From contig CAVXQR010000016.1 of the NCBI GenBank assembly GCA_963763975.1, positions 240,442 to 304,441 of the forward strand: a stretch of DNA of 64,000 nt, written 5' to 3'. This DNA is from an uncultured Acidobacteriaceae bacterium. Lineage in GTDB: Bacteria > Acidobacteriota > Terriglobia > Terriglobales > Acidobacteriaceae. The translations under genes and the position numbers were made by a program. Under the pieces are notes generated by a model. That model did not search any database. It was not told the DNA's origin and saw only the letters and a program-made list of their open reading frames with translations. Within the stretch, counting starts at the first letter, position 1. The number at the start of each line of letters is the position of its first letter. Of this stretch, positions 1-14,553 are shown in pieces.

Positions 1-217
1 GCGTGTTGCCGTTGGCGTACAACTCGATGTCGTTGATCAAGGTTGTTTTGCCGCAGCCGGTGGGTCCGACGACACTTACGATGTCGCCCATTTTCAGGTC
101 TACCCGGCGCAGCGGTTCAGGCGAGTGGTTCTTGCCCTGTCCACCAAGGATGGTGATGGTATGGATTTTGCGGGCGGGAGCCGCGACGGGCTGCTCCACT
201 ACATGAGAGTTCGGCAT
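1..217 (-). CDS. ABC transporter ATP-binding protein, N-terminal part (gene runs off window start)
   Basis: Reverse-strand translation MPNSHVVEQ...DLKMGDIVSVVGPTGCGKTTLINDIELYANGNT contains Walker A GPTGCGKTT; start ATG at ~217; no stop within window. Confidence 0.7.
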   Translation of the reverse strand, partial: MPNSHVVEQPVAAPARKIHTITILGGQGKNHSPEPLRRVDLKMGDIVSVVGPTGCGKTTLINDIELYANGNT

Positions 218-316
218 GAGTTCTCCTGCTACGGTCCTTATCAATGAGAGTGTGTTCCAACAGGGACGGCAGGAAGTAGAAGTGGTGCTGACAGTCGTCG
301 CCTCTATCTTCATGGA

Positions 317-820
317 CTATTTCTCGCTACCAGTGCGCTTCGGGACCTTGGCCACAACTCGCGATGGCATCGTGTTTCTTTGCCGCGCTTCTTCGCGCTT
401 CGATTGCGTGGTTCCGTCTTTGATGATGTCGGCCAGAGAAGTCTTCTCCAGAATCCGTGCAGCCTCATCGCGCACGTCAAGAAACACCTGGTATAAGCCG
501 CGGTGTTCGACATCGTTGGCAATCAGCTCGCGAAGTTGCTGGGCATCACCGAATGGCGCCAGCGCGCCATCCATCAGGCGAATGATCTCAGCCAGATAAA
601 TTTCCGAAGGAGGCCGGCGCAACCGATAACCGCCCCGAGGCCCGCGAACGCTTTCCACCAGGCGCGCCTTTTTCATTTCCAGCAGAATGAGTTCGAGGAA
701 TTTCTCCGGCAGTCCCTCGTCAGCAGCAATCTGCCGTATGCGAATGGCGCCCTGGTTATAGCGGCGGGCCAGCCGCATCATGGCTTGCAGAGCGTAGAGG
801 CCTTTCTGAGAAATCTTCAT
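317..820 (-). CDS. Rrf2-family transcriptional regulator (IscR/NsrR-like)
   Basis: ORF 317..877; internal start MKISQKGLYALQAMMRLARRY typical of Rrf2 N-terminal wHTH; length ~167 aa. Confidence 0.85.
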   Translation of the reverse strand: MKISQKGLYALQAMMRLARRYNQGAIRIRQIAADEGLPEKFLELILLEMKKARLVESVRGPRGGYRLRRPPSEIYLAEIIRLMDGALAPFGDAQQLRELIANDVEHRGLYQVFLDVRDEAARILEKTSLADIIKDGTTQSKREEARQRNTMPSRVVAKVPKRTGSEK

Positions 821-1213
821 TGACGGCAGGCTCCAACGGTCGCAGTGTACGACTATGTCGATAGGGTTTGTAGACATTATTCACAGGGAACACAATTCGC
901 TTCCCGCCTTGGGAAAATGAGGGTCGCCGAGTGAGGGTCGCCGCCGTTTCCGGGCGACAGCGCGCACGCCGAGCGCTGAGGCAGGTGAGATCGCAAAGAA
1001 TGCTCCTCAGGGCGGAACTCTCTGCCATTCAATCCAAGCTTCGCCCCCCACCTCGGGCCTTGTCAGCGCGGCACTTTTGTGTGATTATTTCCGTCACTGG
1101 GAACCTGCCGGTAATCGGCCAAGTCTCAAAATAACGGCACCTTCCTACGCGGCAATCATTCGTCGCGCACCCGTGGGACTTATCCGTGGTTCGATGATGC
1201 AGGAGGCGCCCAA

Positions 1214-4200
1214 ATGTCTTCCCCTGTCAGGTTCCGTCTCTACCAACCAATCGTGAAATCCCTGAACCAGGCCTGGACCGTGGCGATGGGAGCCTTGCTG
1301 TTGGCAATGGCGCTGTCCACCATCACTTCCGCCCAGATGGTGATGGACGTGGATCATGAGATGGAGGCTGCCCGAAGGACCAAACAGCCCGCCTACGACA
1401 TCGTCTCGTGCGGGAAGAATGGGCAGCAATCCTTGCCCGCCGGTGATTACAACTCCGACCTGCACGTCGGTCGGGCCGTGCGTAGCCGATGGAACTCTGG
1501 GTGGAGGAATTTATAAGTATCACTGGGTGTTCATCCATAGCGGCGGGACGCTGACCTTCCAGGACAAGCAGCTTGACCTGTTCGCGTCTTCCATTCTGGT
1601 GCTGAATGGCGGCACGCTGGAAGCGGGCGGGCCGAGTGACACGGATGCCATCGGCGCCAATGGCGGGCTGGTAGCCATTCATCTGTGGGGAGCGAAAGAC
1701 GGAGCCGCCATCTACTGTCAGGACCAGGATGGCCAGGAAGATACGCTGTGCGGTATTCCCAGCGAAATCTGGAACAACCCCAAGAACAAGATGGACAAGA
1801 TTTACCCGACCGTACCCTGTGACCGCAACAGCGAGTATCCGACGGGCGATTGTTTCTACCAATATGACCTTCCGGCGGTCAGCACTCTTTATTTTGGGCG
1901 CAAGACTTTGGCCGTCTCCTACGGCGGCACACTGCGGCTGTTCGGCAAGAAAGGCTCAACCTTCGATGGGCTTACCCCAGATCCGGCGAATACCGGTAAG
2001 AGCTGGCAAAGGCTGATCACCAATCTGAAGCCGACCGACACGGAATTTGACGTGGATGGCCAAGTTGATTGGCAGGAAGGCGATCATATTGTGATCACGC
2101 CTACCGACTACCTGCCCGGCCATGCGGAAGAGGCGATCATCGCCAGCGCCATGCCCGACGGCGACCACACCGCCATCACCATCAGCGGCGTCGTGCTCGA
2201 CGACGGAACCGTGCAGCCGGGAGGCTTGCGCTTTCCGCACTACGGCGAGACCTACAAGATTCCGGGCGACGTGCAAACCCGGCTGAAACTCGACCGCGGT
2301 GAAGTTGACACGCGCGCCGCCGTGGCGCTGCTCACTCGCAGTATCTGCGTCATCTCCGAGGGCGACAACGGCCCTGCTGCGCCCCAAACGGGCTGCAATT
2401 CCTCGTTCCCCCCGACTCCCGGAAATTACTTTGGCGGCCAGGTTATCTTCCGCCAGGGATTCAAGCAGGTGGAAGTTCAGGGAGTGCAGTTTCACCAGTT
2501 AGGCCAGGGCGGAACCATTGGCCGGTACGCAGTGCACTTTCATATGGCCCGCAAGGTGCAGCCGGACACCTTCGTCAAGGACTCATCCATCGACGAATCC
2601 ATGACCCGATGGATTACGGTGCACGGTACGCAAGGCTTGTTGCTGGCGCGCAATGTGGGCTGGAAGTCGATCGGCCACGGATTTTATATCGAGGATGGCA
2701 CCGAAACCGACAATAAGATTTACGCCAACATCGGCATTCTGGCTCGTGCCGCAGTGGCCAACGCGCAGAATCCGCGCCGGGTGCCAGGCATCCTCGCCCA
2801 TCCCAATTTGACCGACGACCGCGATCCCTACGCCAGCGATTGGCAACATCCCAGCGTGTTCTGGATCATGAATGGGTGGAACGATTTTGAGTACAACATG
2901 GCGGCCGGAGCCGGCTCCTGCGGCATCTGCTACTGGCTGCCGGCCGGCGCCAACAGCGGACCTTCGCGCTATGAGTATTGGACGGGATACGCCTCACGCC
3001 AGCGTGGATTGCAAGATCAGCTTGGTCTTCGAGACTTCAACTCCGGCACTTCGCCATTGGAAAAATTCGTTGGTAATTCCTGTTCCACCGCCATGTTCTC
3101 GTTCATGGAAATTGGTCAGCTTAACAGCGGCTGTGACGGCTTCGGGCCCACCTCCGACCGGACCGTGGCCGCCATTCCCGGCGCTGGACCCGACATTGCC
3201 GGCCAACCCGACAAGCCGGTTCTGGACTACTATCCCCTGGTCACCGGCCTGCGCGATCCAACCACCTGCAACGACTTGACCAGGGACTGCGGCAGCAACA
3301 CCGACCCAACCAATTTGAAATGCAACGGGACCAACGACATCGACGAAAAGAACTGCGCGACCACGGTCCTGGACCACTACACCACGTCCTTCAACTTCGC
3401 CCAGAAAAATTTCTCCGCCATCTGGCTGCGTCCCTGGTGGAAGGCGGTGGTGGACAGTTCCATCACCGACCAACTGGGACCGGGAGTGACCTTCGTCACC
3501 GGCGGCGGCTATACCCGCTCCGATTCTTCGTTGGGCAATTGGAATGTCGGTCTCCGGGACGTTTATGTCGGGCAGACGCAGCCGACTCCCGACGATCCTG
3601 GAGCGAAATTCTTTGCTTCCGATTTTGGGCCATTTACCCCAAGCGGACTTCCGAAGTGCGATAACGGTGCGATCCCGGGCGGCTACTGCCTTTCCAAGGA
3701 CAACGGCATCAGCATTCCCATCACCAATTTCAACAGCGGCCAGCGCATGTTCAACATCTACGATGGGCCGTCGTTCCAGGACTCCAGCGCCTATCTGAAT
3801 ATCAAGGCGAAAACTTTGCCCGATTGCACCCCTGAGAAGCGTGACCCCTCAACCGGAGTCTGCGATCAGAGCGGGTACATGTATGGACACTCCCAGGGGC
3901 TGCTGCAAAGTCCCGATGGCAAGTCCTGTTACATCCCGAATGCCGCCATCGCATGGAAGCAGGAGAATGGTTTCTACTATCCGCCGGCCTTTCACTCCCG
4001 GAACCTTGCCTTCCGGGATGTGGACATTCGTCACTTTGTGATCGAGCCGCTGTTCAAGCTGAACACCTTTCAGTTGGACGAGAAGGCCACCGCGGCGCGC
4101 TACTGCACCTGGAAACCCGACCTCTTCCAGCCCTTCAATGACATTGACCGGCAAACCGTACTCAACGACAACGACGGCTCGCTGACCGGACTGCTGGCCG

Positions 4201-5354
4201 ATACCCAGCCCGAGCCCCGCGAAACTCTGTCCATCAATGAGGACCCGTTCTTTCGCGCCCCGCGGATTGCTCCCGAGTGCGCCTCCGATAAACATTACGG
4301 CACCGATTTCACCGGCACACCGGCCACCGCTATTACCAGCCCCTACGAGTACGTGAGCACGGCGATTATTGCGGATTGCGGGTTGCGATCGGTGCTGGAC
4401 AAGTGTCTCAAGATGAAGCCCGACGGCGAGTGCATTCAATGGGACTACCTCGCGGAGTGCGGCAAAGGCGCGGATGGCGCCAGAAACTGGACCTGGAGTT
4501 GCACGCACTGCTACGGAGTGCCGCTATTCCGGCAAAACTGGACGCTACAGGACAACAACGACTGCGACAACGATCCGCTCTGCAAGAGTGGCGATCCCCT
4601 TCATCGTCCCGGACGAATCACCATGATGGGACAGAGCACCGGCCAGCGCGCCACCCTGACCACCAACCAGGGATGGTATTACATCGACACCACCGTACCC
4701 TTCGACAAGCAAAACGGGATACCTTTGCAGGAGGGAAGAAGCGTCTTCCTGAGCGGACATACTTATTACGTTTACCTTATCTACGGGAAGCCCAGCTCCG
4801 AGATGCAGTACTGGATGTATGTCGGGTCGGGCGCCGATGAGCAGACGGTCGAGTCTGAGGTCAGCCGCTATCGCGTCAACATCAACAGCCAGGTGTACGG
4901 CTTCAACCCCAAGCCGACGAACGATCCCGACTTCCTCACCGATGTGAATTACGATCCGGTGAGCGGCTGGCTGAAGGTCACGCTCAACCTGGAGAAATAC
5001 GGTTGCGACCCTAACGATCCATCCAAGAACTGCGAATTCCAGAACGACGCTCAGAACTTCTGTAAGCCGGTGAGCTATTGTTCCTGGGACGCAGGCAGCA
5101 AGAGTTGCGGATGTCAGCCGGGTTCCGCCTGCAAGGACGATTCAGTGTGTACCTGGGCGCCCAGCGACATTGATTGTCCGACCAAGGGATGTTTCGGATT
5201 CAGCTTCAAGATCCAGCCGGAGTTCGATACCAAGCCCAGGCCCGGTCCGCCGGCGCCGCTGGCGTTCCCCGACAATTCCTATTGGAACGTCGCCTTCAAA
5301 CTGGTGGGCAAAGATATTTCCGGGCCCGAGTGCCATTACGGCGCGCAGCCATGA
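1214..5354 (+). CDS. Large secreted Cys-rich right-handed beta-helix protein (G8/CEMIP-TMEM2-like fold, tentative). Signal-peptide segment 1214-~1500 is in a different frame from the body (1356..5354)
   Basis: AGGAGG RBS 8 nt before ATG 1214; frame-2 ORF encodes signal peptide AMGALLLAMALSTITSAQ; 1332-aa body has GHGFYIEDGTETDNKIY / HFHMAR beta-helix-like motifs and many Cys; GC3 shifts frame near 1490-1510. Confidence 0.5.
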
Positions 5355-5458
5355 TGACCAAGCGAGTAATGGGCGAGGTTCGCTGCAACACCTTCACAAC
5401 CAGCGGATAGTCGGCTGAATAGGCGAAATTGGGAGATGCGAGGTGAGGCTGCAAAGAA

Positions 5459-5533
<75 letters not shown>

Positions 5534-6033
5534 GTGCGTGGTGCGCTGGCGACAGCGCGTCGTGTTGTGCTCCCATTTTAACGGCAGCGGGCAGCGCCGT
5601 CAAAACGCATTTCCACGCCGATTATCACTGGCCGGTGTGATCCAGTGCGGCCCTTCGGTCAGGCGCGCTCTTCTGTAGGACCACTCGAAAAGCGCCGCAG
5701 GGGCCGAAGCGCTATCTCTATTTGTCGCGGTTTGGCACGGCTGAACAGGCTGCGGAAAAACTCCTCTTTCGCCCGTCTCGTGTCAGGGCACGCCTTCAGT
5801 CGTGCCGATAAGCCATTTATTTTCTCTCTCCCGAGCCGGCTTCAGCCGGCGCCACTCCGCCGGTTCCGACTTTTCCGCAGTCTGTGAAGCCGCGCCCTGA
5901 CACGGGTTTGGCACGATGGCAATGTTCGACGATTGCTGGAGAACGCAGGATTTCGCGCCCGCCCTCTGCTATGTTCATGGCGCCCGCGAGCGCCGCGCGT
6001 GTACTCTAATTCGGATGGGCGAGGAGACTGCCG

Positions 6034-8181
6034 TTGAGGATCAACCTTTCGCACAACTGGTTTAGCCTTGCACTGACGATGGTTTTCTCCTGCGCCCTGG
6101 CCAGCGGCCAGAACTCCACTTCGACTACGACTCCCGCGATGAAAATTCCCAAGCCTCCTGCCACCCGTCAGCAGCCCGTTACCGACGACTACTTCGGCCA
6201 CAAGGTGACCGATCCCTACCGCTGGCTGGAAGACGGCAGCAGTGCGGAGACCCAGCAATGGGTGACCCAGCAACTTGGGTTCACCCGCGGCATCCTCGAC
6301 CAACTGCCGGGACGCGAGGCGCTGCACGCGCGCATCGAGCAGTTGCTGGAGATCGGTAACCTGGGCGAAACCGAAGTGAGCGGCGATTACTACTTCCACC
6401 TGCGCCGCGACGGCAAGCAGAACCAGCCGGTGCTGTACGTGCGCAAAGGCGTTGACGGCCGCGACGAAGTGCTGCTCGATCCTAATCAACTCGCCAAGGA
6501 CGGCACCATCGCGCTCGACTGGTGGGCGCCTTCGCACGACGGCAAGTACGTGGCCTACGGAACCTCACCAAGCGGCTCGGAGATGAGCACGCTGCACGTG
6601 ATGGAAACCGCCAGCCGCAAGCTGCTGCCGGACACCATTGATCGCACCCGCGCCGCCAGCATTGCCTGGAAGCCCGACGATAGCGGCTTCTTTTATACGC
6701 GCTATCCCAAGGCGGGCGAAGTTGCTGCCGGGCAGGAGATGTACAACCGCCATGTTTTCTATCACCCGCTGGGCGGCGATCCGGCGAAGGACGAAATGAT
6801 TTTCGGCGCGGGCCGCGATCCGCAGGAATGGCCCGGGGTGGCGCTCTCCGAAGACGGCCGCTGGCTCACCATCATGGCGGAGCAGGGCTGGACCAAGACC
6901 GAAGTCTTCCTCAAGGACGTGGCCGGTAATGCTGCGCCGCAACGCATCACCACCGGTAAAGAATTCCTCTACTTTGCGTGGCCCTACAAGGGCGATCTTT
7001 ACATCATGACCAACGAGGACAGCCCGCGCTATCGTGCCTTCAAGACCGAGGCCTCGCATCCCGAACGCGAGCACTGGCGCGAGATCATTCCTCAGTCCGA
7101 CGCGGTGCTGACCAGCCTGAGCGTGATCGGCGGGCAGATCATCGCGCGCTACGAGCACAACGCGCACTCGCTGCTCAAGCGCTTTGATACCGCCGGCAAG
7201 CCGCTGGGCGATATCGAACTGCCGGGCCTGGGAACGGTGAGCAGCCTGGGCGGCGATTACGACAATCCCAACGCGTTTTACTTGTTCTCGTCGTTCACCG
7301 CGCCCACTACGATTTACCGCTTCAACACTGCCGACGACCACAACACGGTGTGGGATTCAGTGCAGACGCCGATTGATACCGCCCGCTACGAGACCCGGCA
7401 GGTCTGGTATCCCTCGAAGGACGGGACAAAGATTCCGATGTTCGTGGTCATGCGCAAGGGACTGACGCTGACCGGCCACAATCCCACGCTGCTAACCGGT
7501 TACGGCGGCTTCAACGTGAGCCTGACGCCGGAGTTCAGCAAGACTATCTTTCCCTGGCTGGACCGCGATGGCGTCTTCGCTGTCGCCAACCTGCGCGGCG
7601 GCAGCGAGTTCGGCGAAGACTGGCATCGCGCCGGCATGCTCGACAAGAAGCAGAACGTCTTCGACGACTTCATCGCTGCGGCGGAATATTTGCAGAAAGA
7701 GGGCTACACCGATCGCGAACATCTGGCCATTCGCGGCGGCAGCAATGGCGGCCTGCTGATGGGCGCGACGATCACCCAGCGTCCGGACCTGTTCCGCGCC
7801 GTGATTTGCCAGGTGCCGCTGCTGGACATGCTGCGCTATCAGCACTTCCAGATCGCCAAGCTCTGGGTGCCCGAGTATGGCTCGTCCGACGATGCCAAGC
7901 AGTTCCAGTGGCTGCTTGCCTATTCGCCGTATCAGAACGTGAAGCCCGGCACCAGCTATCCCGCGGTACTGTTCATGACCGCCGACACTGACACGCGCGT
8001 CGATCCCATGCACGCCAAGAAGATGACCGCGTTATTGCAGGCTGAAAACGGCGCCCCCAATCCCATCCTGCTGCGCATCGAGCCCAAGGCCGGGCACGGC
8101 GCCGGCAAGCCCATCTCCAAACTGGTAGAAGAGTGGACCGATATCTATAGCTTCCTCTACTGGCAGCTCGGGATGGAGTAG
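6034..8181 (+). CDS. Prolyl oligopeptidase (S9A family), secreted
   Basis: N-terminal signal peptide; DDYFGHKVTDPYRWLED motif; catalytic GGSNGGLLMGA serine motif; 715 aa. Confidence 0.9.
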   Translation: MRINLSHNWFSLALTMVFSCALASGQNSTSTTTPAMKIPKPPATRQQPVTDDYFGHKVTDPYRWLEDGSSAETQQWVTQQLGFTRGILDQLPGREALHARIEQLLEIGNLGETEVSGDYYFHLRRDGKQNQPVLYVRKGVDGRDEVLLDPNQLAKDGTIALDWWAPSHDGKYVAYGTSPSGSEMSTLHVMETASRKLLPDTIDRTRAASIAWKPDDSGFFYTRYPKAGEVAAGQEMYNRHVFYHPLGGDPAKDEMIFGAGRDPQEWPGVALSEDGRWLTIMAEQGWTKTEVFLKDVAGNAAPQRITTGKEFLYFAWPYKGDLYIMTNEDSPRYRAFKTEASHPEREHWREIIPQSDAVLTSLSVIGGQIIARYEHNAHSLLKRFDTAGKPLGDIELPGLGTVSSLGGDYDNPNAFYLFSSFTAPTTIYRFNTADDHNTVWDSVQTPIDTARYETRQVWYPSKDGTKIPMFVVMRKGLTLTGHNPTLLTGYGGFNVSLTPEFSKTIFPWLDRDGVFAVANLRGGSEFGEDWHRAGMLDKKQNVFDDFIAAAEYLQKEGYTDREHLAIRGGSNGGLLMGATITQRPDLFRAVICQVPLLDMLRYQHFQIAKLWVPEYGSSDDAKQFQWLLAYSPYQNVKPGTSYPAVLFMTADTDTRVDPMHAKKMTALLQAENGAPNPILLRIEPKAGHGAGKPISKLVEEWTDIYSFLYWQLGME

Positions 8182-8188
8182 TGCGGCC

Positions 8189-8240
8189 GTGGATAGTGGA
8201 TAGTGCATAGTGACTGATGGCCAGTGGCCGGTATCCATGG
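8189..8240. repeat. 7-nt tandem array (GTGGATA-type), immediately after the prolyl oligopeptidase stop
   Basis: gtggata gtggata gtgcata gtgactg atggcca gtggccg gtatcca. Confidence 0.75.
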
Positions 8241-8432
8241 ACGCGCCTTCAGACGTGCCGCACTGGCTATAGGAATCCGAGTTGGCTTTAAGCCGACGAC
8301 ACTCCGAAATGGCCGGTTTGTGCCACTGGGATTCGCTCTAGGTTCTTGACAACAGAAGAGTTGCGTACTACTGTTCCCTTCTTATCTTCCTTGGGCCCCA
8401 GGGCTTCTTCAAGCTTTGCCAGAGGAGGAACC

Positions 8433-8977
8433 ATGCGACGTTGCCTCATCGGTCTCAGCCTTCTGTTGTTGTTCGTTGCCGCCACTCCTGCCTTCGCCGA
8501 TCTAGCCGGAGCGACGGTCACCGTCAACTACCTCTATCCCGAGCAGAATGACATCTACGAAGTGCTGGGGACTGGGACCGTCGACGCAGCGGCGGCTTCA
8601 CCGTCAATTCGTTTGGCCAGCATGATCTCACCGTCTATCCCGACGAGATCACCCTGACCAACGTTGCCGGTGAGGACATTAACTTCACGGCTGCCGACTT
8701 CAACGGTTATGGCCTGGTGGTGGATTCCGGCGGATCACCGATCACCGGCGTGACCATCGCCTATAACGACATCGCGGGCTTCACAGCCAGCGACATCACC
8801 TTCGACGGCACCGACGTGTGGCTGAACCTGGAAGGTTTGACCACGACGCCTGGCCTCGACCTGCAACTCGACTTGCAGTTTGCCAACGGCACCACGCCCG
8901 AACCCAGCAGCCTGACGCTGATGGGCGTAGGCGCGCTGACCTTGCTGGGCGCGGCGCGGCGGAAATTGCTGCCGTAG
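8433..8977 (+). CDS. Small PEP-CTERM sorting-domain protein, split by a frameshift near 8575-8600
   Basis: TTGACA then GAGGAGG RBS then ATG 8433; signal peptide MRRCLIGLSLLLLFVAATPAFA in frame 0; C-terminal PEPSSLTLMGVGALTLLGAARRKL in frame 2; frames join at a GC-rich run. Confidence 0.6.
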
Positions 8978-9233
8978 AGCCGGCAGCGGCGCTGGCCATG
9001 TATTGTGCTCGTGAGAAAACGGAAGTGTGCGCGAACTCTCCCTCTTTGCGCTTGAGGGAGTTCTGCCCAGCCAGTGCCGCGAGGTTCACATCTGCCGTCG
9101 GCTAAAGCGAGCGAATGCGACGACGTCCACCCGGGGCTTACGCCCCGGGCTCACTGGGCTGCCGCCCTGGCGCGGATGACATCGTCGAAGCGGTCCGCTT
9201 GACTCAAACCCGATTCCCGCTTCCACGAGCCCC

Positions 9234-10442
9234 CTACCGCGGGTGCACCATCTCCTCCAGCCGCGTCAGCCGCTGCTCCAACTCTTCAATCTTCTGCTCC
9301 TGCGTGCCGATGACCTTCGCCTCCGCCTCCGCCCGCTGATACTGCTTCTGCACTTCATTCAACAGCATGGTGCTCAGGTACTGATAGCGAACGCTGTAAG
9401 GCTGGCCGTCGCTGTCGTAGGCCACCAGCTCGGGATAGACCTTCGCTACCTCTTCCGCAATCAGCCCATATTGCAGGGTCCGCTCGCCGTTGCTGTACTG
9501 TGCCTTGTAGAAGAACGTCACCGGTCGCAGTCGCATCAACGCGTCGGTGCTGCCGCCCATGTCTCGCACCTGCTCCTTGTAACGCAGCGAGGAAGCCATG
9601 GTGCCCAATTCGCCATTTGAGTCCACGTACACGGGCAAGGCGTTGTTCAAGACGGTGGCGTGGTACACACCGGCGATGTAAGCCGAGGTCTGATAGCGTC
9701 CGTCGCCAATGCGAATCGTGCCGGTGTCATACGGCGTCCCAGCATGGTTGATGAAAATATTGTTGCTGCCGGTATGGCTGGTCTCTCCCGAACCTGCGCC
9801 GCTGCCGAGATAGGTATTGCCGCTGCCAGTGCCGAGGTACGGGCCGGCATTATTGCCAACCAGAGTATTGTTGCTGGCGATGGTGACCTGGCCGCCGGCG
9901 CCTCCGCCGATCATGACGTTGCCGTTACCGCCTACCGTAAGCCCGGCCTGATAGCCAATGCCGATGTTGTTTTCTCCGCCGGGACTGCGCCATCCCGGCG
10001 AAGCGCCAACGAAAACGTTGAACGCTCCCTGGTTGGTGGTGCCGGCGTCCCAGCCCAGAAAGGTGTTGAAGCTGCCACCCTGCCCGGTATCAATACCTAG
10101 AGCCAGGTTCCCTGGAGCGGTCGCGCTCAATAGGGTCTTTCCGCCAAGGCTGTACGTCGTCGCGGCATTGATGCCGCCGTTGACGTCGAGCGTAGTGGCT
10201 GGCGCCTGGGTGCCAACTCCGATGCTGGATCCGTTCTGGTACATCACGGAACTCAGCAGATAGCTGTTGGTTCGCCAGATCGGAATGTAGTACGGCGTGC
10301 CGTCACCCCCCAGCACCGGGCCTGGCGGAAGGATGGAACCGTTGGGTGTCGCTGTGGCAGGCGCATGTTCAGACGGTTGCTGGGCAAAGCTGATGCAGGC
10401 GAAGGACAAAGCCAGGGCAAGTGCGAAACTGATGCGGCGCAT
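9234..10442 (-). CDS. Secreted Gly-rich repeat protein with C-terminal intramolecular-chaperone (peptidase S74, tail-fibre/endosialidase type) domain
   Basis: Internal start MRRISFALALALSFACISFAQ (signal peptide); Gly/Asn-rich repeats; C-terminal LRPVTFFYK...GLIAEEVAKVYPELV resembles the S74 auto-processing chaperone domain; coiled-coil tail. Confidence 0.6.
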   Translation of the reverse strand: MRRISFALALALSFACISFAQQPSEHAPATATPNGSILPPGPVLGGDGTPYYIPIWRTNSYLLSSVMYQNGSSIGVGTQAPATTLDVNGGINAATTYSLGGKTLLSATAPGNLALGIDTGQGGSFNTFLGWDAGTTNQGAFNVFVGASPGWRSPGGENNIGIGYQAGLTVGGNGNVMIGGGAGGQVTIASNNTLVGNNAGPYLGTGSGNTYLGSGAGSGETSHTGSNNIFINHAGTPYDTGTIRIGDGRYQTSAYIAGVYHATVLNNALPVYVDSNGELGTMASSLRYKEQVRDMGGSTDALMRLRPVTFFYKAQYSNGERTLQYGLIAEEVAKVYPELVAYDSDGQPYSVRYQYLSTMLLNEVQKQYQRAEAEAKVIGTQEQKIEELEQRLTRLEEMVHPR

Positions 10443-11029
10443 GGTCGCTCTCCTTTCGGCGCAAGACCGGTTACGAGTCGTCCATTTCGAGGCCAGAAGT
10501 ATGTTCCTGCTGGGGGAGGGCCTGCAAGTTCTTCCGTCCGGCTCGGAGGCTTGCTCGGTCGGAAAATGAACGCCGCCCTCGCGCACAATTCAAACCTCCG
10601 CATCACCCCATCGTTCCATTGACCCAACGCCCTTCAAAATGTTATAAAGACGTGCCTTATATGCTGTACCTAGATGTGTGTTCAGTTGCACACAAACAGG
10701 TGCAAGTTTTTCCCGACGCGGCCAAACCTCAACACTTCCGTCTTGGAGTGGAAGCGCGTTTCCGGGATTCCAGCAGGTCCAAGTCCCGTCTTCTGTGGTG
10801 CTCGATGTTGCGAGTCGTAGGCGGAGACTGCGTCGCCCTGACCTGCCGGGCGGACATTGATCTCATAGGAAACGCTAACGGCGGAGGCTCGCCTGAGAGC
10901 GCAAATCTGCAAGACGAACAACGTCATCATCCGGGACGCCCGCCGAACGTGTGCGGCGCACCCAGCGGAGGAACTCTTATGCACACTTGGCTAGCCGCAT
11001 CGCGGCGCCTGTCCACCATTCCGTCCGGC

Positions 11030-13465
<2,436 letters not shown>

Positions 13466-13481
13466 AGCACCGCGCTTTCAA

Positions 13482-13516
13482 GGCCGACGCCATCCCGCCA
13501 AGGGATGGCGTCGGCC
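13482..13516 (+). terminator. Perfect 15-bp stem hairpin immediately after hppA stop
   Basis: ggccgacgccatccc-gccaa-gggatggcgtcggcc, 17 nt after stop; not followed by a clear U-tract. Confidence 0.5.
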
Positions 13517-13597
13517 GTCAGCGACGCTTATCTTGTCAGGGTTGGGGAATCGTCTTAGAATTCGCCACAGCGTTGTGCGTACGTACAGGAGTCATCA

Positions 13598-14005
13598 TTG
13601 ATGAGTTATTCCCGTGTGGCCGGATGCGCTCTGGTCGCCAGTCTGCTGCTGTGTTCCTGCAAAGGCGGCAACCGCAAGCTTGACAACGATACTGCCTCCA
13701 CCCTGCTGCAATCGGCATTGCAGCAGACGCTGCTGGACAGAGGTTTCTCCCCCGACACCCACGTTACCGTGACCAAGGTGGACATCGCGCCTGACGACAA
13801 GAACGCCAGCGGCGACTTCACCTTCACCAACGGCAGCCAGGCGCTTAAGATCGGCGAACGCGCGGTTTTGAATTGCAAGTATTACAGCGGAAAGGCCGCC
13901 TTTAAGCGCGCCGACGACGGCAACTGGATGGCGCTGAGTATGCACGACATCTCCAACAGCGATAACCTTTGCCTGTCATCCATTGATTTCACCACCGGCA
14001 AGTAG
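13598..14005 (+). CDS. Hypothetical lipoprotein
   Basis: Signal peptide ending LLLCSC (lipobox-like); 135 aa; no recognised domain. Confidence 0.4.
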   Translation: MMSYSRVAGCALVASLLLCSCKGGNRKLDNDTASTLLQSALQQTLLDRGFSPDTHVTVTKVDIAPDDKNASGDFTFTNGSQALKIGERAVLNCKYYSGKAAFKRADDGNWMALSMHDISNSDNLCLSSIDFTTGK

Positions 14006-14059
14006 CCGGGACTGGGCGAAAGACTGGCGCAGTTTGCGGCGCGGAATTCCTCGCCGCCG

Positions 14060-14443
14060 TCACGGACCTTTCATCTTGTCCTTGACGCTCTTGGCCAGCT
14101 TCTCGATCTCTTCTGCCTTCTTCATCACATCCAACGAGAGCACGTTCTCGTTGGACTTGTCCACGTACTGCTTGAGCTGGGTGGCAAGTTCGAGCAGCTT
14201 GTCGGTGTCTTTCTTAAGCTCCTGCTGACGCTTGAGGTTCACCTGCTTGGCCAGCTCGTGTTGCTTCTCGCGCACCCAGGGCTCGTTGTCGCTGCCCTGA
14301 GGAGCGATGATCGGCTCGTGCGACGGGGACGGCGGTTCCTCAGCTTGCGCCTGCAGGCGCGCGGCAGACGTTGCCAGCAAGAATGCAATCAGCAGAGGAT
14401 AGACAAAACGCATCATGGCAGTGAAAAGCTTGCGGTTATTCAT
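14060..14443 (-). CDS. Hypothetical secreted coiled-coil protein
   Basis: Internal start MNNRKLFTAMMRFVYPLLIAFLLATSAARLQAQA (signal peptide); K/E-rich heptad-like C-terminus. Confidence 0.4.
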   Translation of the reverse strand: MNNRKLFTAMMRFVYPLLIAFLLATSAARLQAQAEEPPSPSHEPIIAPQGSDNEPWVREKQHELAKQVNLKRQQELKKDTDKLLELATQLKQYVDKSNENVLSLDVMKKAEEIEKLAKSVKDKMKGP

Positions 14444-14553
14444 ACGCTTTGAGCTGATTATAAGCGCGCCTGGCGCGCGTGATGCAGCCCAGCCATCCTT
14501 CCCGCGCAGGCTCACATCTTTGCAGTGAAACCCATTGTTATAATCCGCCAGAA

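Noticed and set aside
10619-11029. In-frame 137-codon N-terminal extension of hppA in the ORF track
   Set aside because: The upstream part is AT-rich with poor GC3 and no TM or signal features. The conserved H+-PPase N-terminus begins at MQRAMKIM/MKIMGAAA.
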